Shown piece after piece: positions 19,066 through 24,000 of a stretch of DNA of 24,000 nucleotides (within the stretch, counting starts at the first letter, position 1; the number at the start of each line of letters is the position of its first letter). The position numbers were made by a program, and so were the translations under genes. The notes beneath the pieces are model-generated. The model was not told the DNA's origin. It worked only from the letters and a program-made list of their open reading frames with translations, and made no database searches. Origin of the DNA: Crossiella equi (GTDB lineage Bacteria > Actinomycetota > Actinomycetes > Mycobacteriales > Pseudonocardiaceae). The stretch is from positions 2,937,786 to 2,961,785 of the forward strand of contig NZ_JAGIOO010000001.1 in NCBI RefSeq assembly GCF_017876755.1, in the 5' to 3' direction.

Positions 19066-19748
19066 TGCCCATCACCCTCGCCGTGGCCCAGCCGCGGATC
19101 CACTCGTTCGCGTTGGCGGACAACGTGCTCGCGCACGCCGATCTGGTCCGCGCGGCCGGTGCGCGAGTGGTGGTGTTCCCGGAGCTGTCGCTGACCGGCT
19201 ACGAGCACACCGCCCCGCCGGTCGCCGAGGACTCGGAAGCGTTGCGCCCCTTGGTGCAGGCCTGCGCGACCACCGGCTCGCTGGCCCTGGTCGGCGCCCC
19301 GGCCGACGGCCACATCGCGGTCCTGGCCGTGGACGGCGGGGGCGCGCGGGTGGTCTACCGCAAGATGTGCCTGACCGAGGACGAGGCCCGCCACTTCCGC
19401 CCGGGCACCGCACCGGCGGTGCTGACCGTGGACGGCGTGCGCCTGGGCCTGGCGGTCTGCAAGGACACCGGCCACCCGGAGCAGGCCGAGGCCACCGCGG
19501 CGCTGGGCATCGACGTCTACGTCGCGGGTGTGGTCCAGACCGCCGACCGCACCGGGGTCCAGCACGGGCGCGCCCGCGCGGTGGCGGCCAAGTACGACGT
19601 CTGGGCGGCGACCGCGAGCTTCGCGGGCCCGACCGGCGAGGGCATCACCGACACGGCGGGCCGCTCGGGCATCTGGCGCCCGGGTGGCGAGCTGGTCGTG
19701 GCGGCGGGTGCGGAACCAGGTGAGTTCGTCCGGGCGGAGGTCGGCTGA
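19065..19748 (+). CDS. Carbon-nitrogen hydrolase (nitrilase superfamily) protein
   Basis: 227 aa. Glu-Lys-Cys triad contexts: VVFPELSLTGY, VYRKMCL, LGLAVCKD. The start overlaps the lppM stop (TGATG). Confidence 0.8.
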   Translation: MPITLAVAQPRIHSFALADNVLAHADLVRAAGARVVVFPELSLTGYEHTAPPVAEDSEALRPLVQACATTGSLALVGAPADGHIAVLAVDGGGARVVYRKMCLTEDEARHFRPGTAPAVLTVDGVRLGLAVCKDTGHPEQAEATAALGIDVYVAGVVQTADRTGVQHGRARAVAAKYDVWAATASFAGPTGEGITDTAGRSGIWRPGGELVVAAGAEPGEFVRAEVG

Positions 19749-20134
19749 TGCGACGACAGGTCATCCTGAGCGGCTCCACGTTCGAGGAGACGATCGGCTA
19801 CGCCCGGGCGGTGGTGGTGGACGGCCACGTGCACGTCTCCGGCACCACGGGCTTCGACTACGCGACGATGACCATCGAGGACGACGTGGTGGCCCAGGCT
19901 CGGCAGTGCCTGCGCAACATCGCCGACGCCCTGGCCCAGGCGGGCTGCACGTTCGACGACGTCGTGCGGGTGCGCTACCTGCTGCCCGAGCGCGAGGACT
20001 TCGAGCCGTGCTGGCCGGTGCTGCGGGAGGCCTTCGGCACCGTGCGCCCGGCCGCGACGATGATGGTGTGCGGGCTGTCCGACCCCCGGATGCGGATCGA
20101 GATCGAGGTCGACGCGCGCAAGCCGGGCGCCTGA
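19748..20134 (+). CDS. RidA/YjgF/UK114-family protein
   Basis: 128 aa. Contains GYARAVVVDGHVHVSGTTG ... QARQCLRNIADALAQAG ... VVRVRYLL ... RIEIEVDA. The start overlaps the previous stop (TGATG). Confidence 0.8.
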   Translation: MRRQVILSGSTFEETIGYARAVVVDGHVHVSGTTGFDYATMTIEDDVVAQARQCLRNIADALAQAGCTFDDVVRVRYLLPEREDFEPCWPVLREAFGTVRPAATMMVCGLSDPRMRIEIEVDARKPGA

Positions 20135-20211
20135 GCCGTTCCCCGGGCATATCGTCGGTATATCAGAAGGCACATACGGTCTGACAACGTCGAGGTGCCT
20201 TCACTGGCGGT

Positions 20212-20712
20212 ATGAGCTGCCGATCCGCGCTCGTCGCCGCCCTGGTGTGCGTCAGCGCCGTGTTCATCGTCGCGGGCGCCGTCCCCGGCGGGGTGACCGT
20301 CTTCGACAACAGCCCGGCCGTGGCCAACCTGGACCCCGGGCTGCGCGAGGCCCTGCGGCGGGCCGCGGCCGACGCCCGCCGGGACGGGGTGGAGTTCGTG
20401 GTCAACAGCGGCTGGCGGTCCCGGACCGAGCAGGCGGAGCTGTGGCGGGAGGCGGTCGCCGAGCACGGGTCGGCGCGGGCGGCCGCCCGCTGGGTGGCCA
20501 GCCCGGACACCTCGGCACACGTCTCCGGGCACGCGGTTGATCTCGGCCCCGCCGAGGCCACCGCCTGGCTGGCCACGCACGGCGCCGCGTACGGGCTGTG
20601 CCAGGTCTACGACAACGAGCCCTGGCACCACGAGCTGCGCCCCCGGGCCGCCGTCGACGGCTGCCCGCGCCGGTACCCCGACCCCACGCACGACCCGAGG
20701 CCGCGGCGCTGA
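20212..20712 (+). CDS. M15-family D-Ala-D-Ala carboxypeptidase (VanY-like), secreted or membrane-anchored
   Basis: 166 aa. N-terminal signal anchor ALVAALVCVSAVFIVAGAV. Zn-ligand motifs SAHVSGHAVD and NEPWHHE. Confidence 0.8.
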   Translation: MSCRSALVAALVCVSAVFIVAGAVPGGVTVFDNSPAVANLDPGLREALRRAAADARRDGVEFVVNSGWRSRTEQAELWREAVAEHGSARAAARWVASPDTSAHVSGHAVDLGPAEATAWLATHGAAYGLCQVYDNEPWHHELRPRAAVDGCPRRYPDPTHDPRPRR

Positions 20713-20725
20713 CCGCTCCCCGCGG

Positions 20726-20959
20726 TCAGGACACCTTCGAGTCCGCCTCGGGTGGCATCAGGCGGAGGAACGGGCCCGCCTCACGCTTGGCCAGCACGTC
20801 CGCCCGGCGCTTGCGCCACCACGAGCGCAGCACCACCACGGTCAGCACCACCGCCACGACCAGCCACACCACCAGCACGATCGTCAGCTGGGCCTGGTCG
20901 GTCAGCAGCGGTTGCGGCTCCGGGGTGGACGGGGACGCGGCCAGGAGGCGAGCGAACAC
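20726..20959 (-). CDS. Small single-pass membrane protein
   Basis: 77 aa with a GTG start and AGGTGG upstream. Very high GC3. TM segment LTIVLVVWLVVAVVLTVVVL followed by the basic stretch RSWWRKRR. Confidence 0.55.
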   Translation of the reverse strand: MFARLLAASPSTPEPQPLLTDQAQLTIVLVVWLVVAVVLTVVVLRSWWRKRRADVLAKREAGPFLRLMPPEADSKVS

Positions 20960-21119
20960 CAGTGCACCACCTTTCGCCGGGTTTGTTGACCATAGCGAAA
21001 GTCATGTGGCGCAACGGCATTCACCACATCCGTTCATCACAAGGAGACCGTATGCGACGAACGTCTGCACCTGAGTGGACCAATCGCCCCCTACACACCG
21101 TGTGGGCGGGAAGGCACAT

Positions 21120-22013
21120 TCAGGCCCTGGCTGGCACCAAGCCGACGTTCTCCAAGACTTCCCGCGTCGCCGTCGACTTGTTCAGCGTGTAGTAGTGCAG
21201 GTTCAGCACGCCCTCGGACAGCAGCCGCTGCGACAGCTCGGTGGCGATGGCCACGCCCTCCTGGCGCACGGCCGCCGGGTCCTCGGCGATCGGGGCGATG
21301 CGGGCCTCGATCTCCTCCGGGATCGGGTCGCCGGACAGCTCGGCCATGCGGCGCACGCCCTTGACCGAGGTGATCGGCATCAGGCCCGGCAGCAGCGGGG
21401 TGCGGGAGACGTCCACGCCCCGGGCGGCCACGCGGTCGCGCAGGCGCAGGAAGTCCTCGGCCCGGAACACCGTCTGGGAGACCGCGTACTCCGCGCCCGC
21501 GTCGAACTTGCGCACCAGGTTGTCCGCGTCGGACTCCAGGTCGGCCGAACGCGGGTGGCCGTTGGGGAAGCAGGCGACACTGACGCAGAAGTCACCGAGG
21601 CTGCGCACCAGGCGCACCAGCTCCTCGGCGTAGAGCAGGCCCTCCGGGTGCTGGACCCACTCGCCGTGCGGGTCGCCGGGCGGGTCGCCCCGCAGCGCCA
21701 GGACGTTGGTGACCCCGGCGGCGGCGTACCAGCCGATGATGTTGCGCAGCTCGGCGATCGAGTGGTTGACCGCGGTCAGATGGGCCACCGGGATGAGGGT
21801 GGTCTCCTGGGCGATGCGGCCGGTGATGCGGATCGTGCGGTCCCGCTTGGACCCACCCGCGCCGTAGGTGACGGAGACGAAGGTGGGGTCGAGGGGCTCC
21901 AGGTCCCGGATGGAGCGCCACAGCTGCTTCTCCGCGTTCTCGTCCCCCGGCGGGAAGAACTCCACCGAGAACGAGGGCCGTGCTTCGCACAGCCGTTCCA
22001 CCACCGACGTCAT
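21120..22013 (-). CDS. Methylenetetrahydrofolate reductase (Rv2172c-type MTHFR)
   Basis: 297 aa. Contains FSVEFFPP, FVSVTYGAGGS, PVAHLT, VLALRGDPP and LHYYTLNK, all MTHFR-family signatures. Syntenic with Rv2172c. Confidence 0.88.
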   Translation of the reverse strand: MTSVVERLCEARPSFSVEFFPPGDENAEKQLWRSIRDLEPLDPTFVSVTYGAGGSKRDRTIRITGRIAQETTLIPVAHLTAVNHSIAELRNIIGWYAAAGVTNVLALRGDPPGDPHGEWVQHPEGLLYAEELVRLVRSLGDFCVSVACFPNGHPRSADLESDADNLVRKFDAGAEYAVSQTVFRAEDFLRLRDRVAARGVDVSRTPLLPGLMPITSVKGVRRMAELSGDPIPEEIEARIAPIAEDPAAVRQEGVAIATELSQRLLSEGVLNLHYYTLNKSTATREVLENVGLVPARA

Positions 22014-22176
22014 GCGCCAAGGCTACTGGTCCCGTTCCGGCCGGGATCGGCCGTTCCAACAATGTGGAAGACCGTGGGTGCGGGACTACCTGGCTGGCCG
22101 CCGATACCAGTTCGCCGATTTGGGAGTTTCACCACCCGGGCATGCGCCGCGCACGGGGAACACGCAGGATTAGGGG

Positions 22177-23286
22177 GTGCCCCCACACCCGCTGGTCCTC
22201 CACCCCGTCGACGCCGAGCTCGTCTCGCACGTGCACACCGCGCTCCGGGACTTCCTGGAGGAACGGCGCGTCGAGGTCAACCACATCGACGAGACCGTCG
22301 CCGCCGCGATGGACTCGCTGACCAGGTTCATCCTCGACGGCGGCAAGCGCATCCGCCCGACCTTCGCCTGGTGGGGCTGGCGCGCGGGCGGCGGGCGGCC
22401 GGAGTCCCCGGACGCCGCCGAGGTGCTGCGCGCGGTCAGCGCCCTGGAGCTGATCCAGGCCTGCGCCCTGGTGCACGACGACCTGATGGACTCCTCGGAC
22501 CGCCGCCGCGGCCAGCCCACGCTGCACGTGCGCTTCGCCATGCAGCACCACGCCGCGGGCTGGGCGGGCACACCGGACTCTTTCGGCCTCTCCGCCGCGA
22601 TCCTGCTCGGCGACCTGGCCCTGGCCTGGGCCGACGACATGCTCTACGACGCCGCGCTGGACCCGGCCGCCCTGTCCCGGGCCCGCCCGGTGTGGCGCGC
22701 CATGCGCACCGAGGTGCTGGTCGGGCAGTACCTGGACGTGCTCGCCCAGGCCCGCGCGGCCAACGAGCCCGAGACCGCGATGCGCATCAACCGGTACAAG
22801 ACGGCCGCCTACACCGTGGAGCGCCCGCTGCACCTGGGCGTGGCGCTGGCCGGTGGCCCGCCCGAGCTGGTCGACGCCCTGCGCGCCTTCGGCACCGACC
22901 TGGGCATCGGCTTCCAGCTGCGCGACGACCTGCTCGGCGTGTTCGGCGACCCCAAGGTCACCGGCAAGCCCGCGGGTGACGACCTGCGCGAGGGCAAGCG
23001 CACCTTACTGGTGACGCTGGGCCTGCGGCGGGCCGAGGAGCGGGGCGACCGGGCCGCGCTGACCGCGCTCCAGGAGGCCATCGGCAACCCGGCGCTGGAC
23101 GAGGCGGGCGTGGACCGCACCCGCCAGCTGCTGCACGAGCTGGGCGCGGTCGAGGCCGTGGAGGAGCGCATCACCGCGCACACCGAGGCCGCCCTGTCCG
23201 CGCTGGCGACCGCCCCGGTGGCCGAGGAGGCCGCCCGCGGCAAGCTCGCCGAGCTCGCCATCGACGCCACCCGCCGCGACCACTGA
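22177..23286 (+). CDS. Polyprenyl diphosphate synthase (geranylgeranyl diphosphate synthase-like, IdsA2-type)
   Basis: 369 aa with a GTG start. First Asp-rich motif LVHDDLMDSSDRRRG; second FQLRDDLLGVFGD. Syntenic with Rv2173. Confidence 0.88.
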   Translation: MPPHPLVLHPVDAELVSHVHTALRDFLEERRVEVNHIDETVAAAMDSLTRFILDGGKRIRPTFAWWGWRAGGGRPESPDAAEVLRAVSALELIQACALVHDDLMDSSDRRRGQPTLHVRFAMQHHAAGWAGTPDSFGLSAAILLGDLALAWADDMLYDAALDPAALSRARPVWRAMRTEVLVGQYLDVLAQARAANEPETAMRINRYKTAAYTVERPLHLGVALAGGPPELVDALRAFGTDLGIGFQLRDDLLGVFGDPKVTGKPAGDDLREGKRTLLVTLGLRRAEERGDRAALTALQEAIGNPALDEAGVDRTRQLLHELGAVEAVEERITAHTEAALSALATAPVAEEAARGKLAELAIDATRRDH

Positions 23287-23306
23287 CACGAGCCGCGACA
23301 AACAGG

Positions 23307-23330
23307 GTGTGCCGGTCGGCTCGCGCACAC
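23307..23330 (+). terminator. Possible terminator hairpin after the polyprenyl synthase gene
   Basis: GTGTGCCG....CGCGCACAC starts 21 nt after the TGA at 23284-23286. The stem is imperfect (one bulge) and there is no U-tail. Confidence 0.3.
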
Positions 23331-23550
23331 GCTCTCCGGACCCAGGCCGTCCCTGGCGGCGTTGCCGGGGCAACCACGTACGCCCCGGTATGCGGCCGCC
23401 TCGGCGCCCTGCCAGGAACGACCTGGATCTCGAAGTCCGCGCACACGATCCGACCGGCACACCCTGACCGCAACACCGCTGATACGCTGCGGCAACACAC
23501 GACGCCGACGTCAGCCGATCGAAGGACACTCGATCGAACGCATCGGGACA

Positions 23551-23565
23551 CACATCAATGATGTG
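23551..23565. promoter_or_regulatory. 7-1-7 palindrome CACATCA-A-TGATGTG upstream of mptA (candidate operator)
   Basis: Read directly. It is the most AT-rich spot of the 330-bp leader and lies about 50-60 nt upstream of the candidate mptA starts. Confidence 0.2.
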
Positions 23566-23615
23566 CGTCTCGTCCTCGGCCATCCCGTGCCGGGCACGAG
23601 TGCCACTGTGGGACC

Positions 23616-24000
23616 ATGGGGTCCGCGATGACCTCCATTCCCTCGCTCCCCCGCTCCGGCGCCGGTCCCGAACCGGTGCGGCTGGCGCACGAGATCACCG
23701 AGGTGATCCCGCCGCTGCCGCCGCTGAGCCAGCCGGGTGTTGACGGGGTCACCCAGCCGATGAACCGGCCGGAGGTCCCCCGCGTCCCGGTCGCGAAGCC
23801 CGAACCGGCGCCCCGGCGTGGCGTGCGGCTGCGCACGGTGCTGCTCGGCGCGCTCGGCGCGGCCATGGTCACCCTGGGCGGCATCGGCGCGGGCGGGGTG
23901 CTCGTGCACGACCCGCTGCTCGCGGACAGCGGTTTCTCCTGGGTCCGCTTCGGCCACGGCAAGGACCTGGCCACCGCGGTCCTCTACGGCGGGCTCGCGC
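23616..24000 (+). CDS. mptA: Alpha-(1->6)-mannopyranosyltransferase MptA-like integral membrane glycosyltransferase (N-terminal part; runs off the window)
   Basis: Open frame with no stop to the window end, so it is absent from the ORF track. First in-frame ATG at 23616, alternative at 23628. The translation ...RLRTVLLGALGAAMVTLGGIGAGGVLVHDPLLADSGFSWVRFGHGKDLATAVLYGG resembles the MptA N-terminus (HDPLL...W.RFGHG). Synteny with Rv2174. Confidence 0.6.
   Translation, partial: MGSAMTSIPSLPRSGAGPEPVRLAHEITEVIPPLPPLSQPGVDGVTQPMNRPEVPRVPVAKPEPAPRRGVRLRTVLLGALGAAMVTLGGIGAGGVLVHDPLLADSGFSWVRFGHGKDLATAVLYGGLA

Noticed and set aside
20166-20202. Inverted repeat GAAGGCAC-N21-GTGCCTTC between the RidA gene and the M15 peptidase gene
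   Set aside because: The stem is 8 bp with a 21-nt loop and no U-tail. It could be a weak terminator or attenuator, but it is within what chance produces, so it is not called as a feature.
21052-21192. 46-aa + ORF with a perfect SD (AAGGAGA, 5 nt, ATG)
   Set aside because: Codon usage is atypical for this genome (CGA, TCT, AAT, CTA, ATT). It overlaps the 3' end of the convergent MTHFR gene by about 70 nt. It may be a chance SD in the lower-GC intergenic patch; only ribosome profiling or mass spectrometry could rescue it.

Overview
High-GC (by eye above 70%) actinobacterial chromosomal segment, densely coding on both strands: about 27 genes supported by GC3 bias, motifs and start/SD context. 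I saw no transposase, integrase, CRISPR array, rRNA or canonical tRNA. Most long ORFs in the track are antisense or off-frame artefacts of the GC content. Gene order: partial membrane-anchored Hsp70-like ATPase (-); XRE-cupin regulator (-) divergent from a His/Gly-tailed SAM methyltransferase (+); two membrane proteins (+); 1520-aa Lhr helicase (+); small membrane protein (+); GntR-acdS operon (-); Ro60/Rsr ortholog (-); TipA-like MerR regulator (-); SAV_6107-type HEPN-like protein coupled to a maleylpyruvate-isomerase-family protein (-); GNAT (+); DUF885 (-); lppM / CN-hydrolase / RidA operon (+); M15 peptidase (+); small TM protein (-); MTHFR (-); polyprenyl synthase (+); start of mptA (+). 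The last block is syntenic with M. tuberculosis Rv2170-Rv2174. The strongest signal not explained by the ORF track is a circularly permuted tRNA-like module (T arm, tetraloop-capped acceptor stem, then D arm) on the minus strand at 13616-13674, just upstream of rsr. This is the architecture of a YrlA-type bacterial Y RNA, so the locus looks like a Ro60/Y-RNA RNP module. This RNA class is already described; I found no convincing evidence of a wholly undescribed system. Other regulatory signals read directly from the sequence: a perfect actinobacterial LexA SOS box (TCGAAC-N4-GTTCGA) upstream of the HEPN-like operon; a RecA-NDp/PafBC-like promoter implying a leaderless lhr mRNA; and a textbook MerR-type promoter (19-bp spacer with a 7-1-7 palindrome) in front of the TipA-like gene. 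All homology calls come from recognising motifs by eye; no searches were run.
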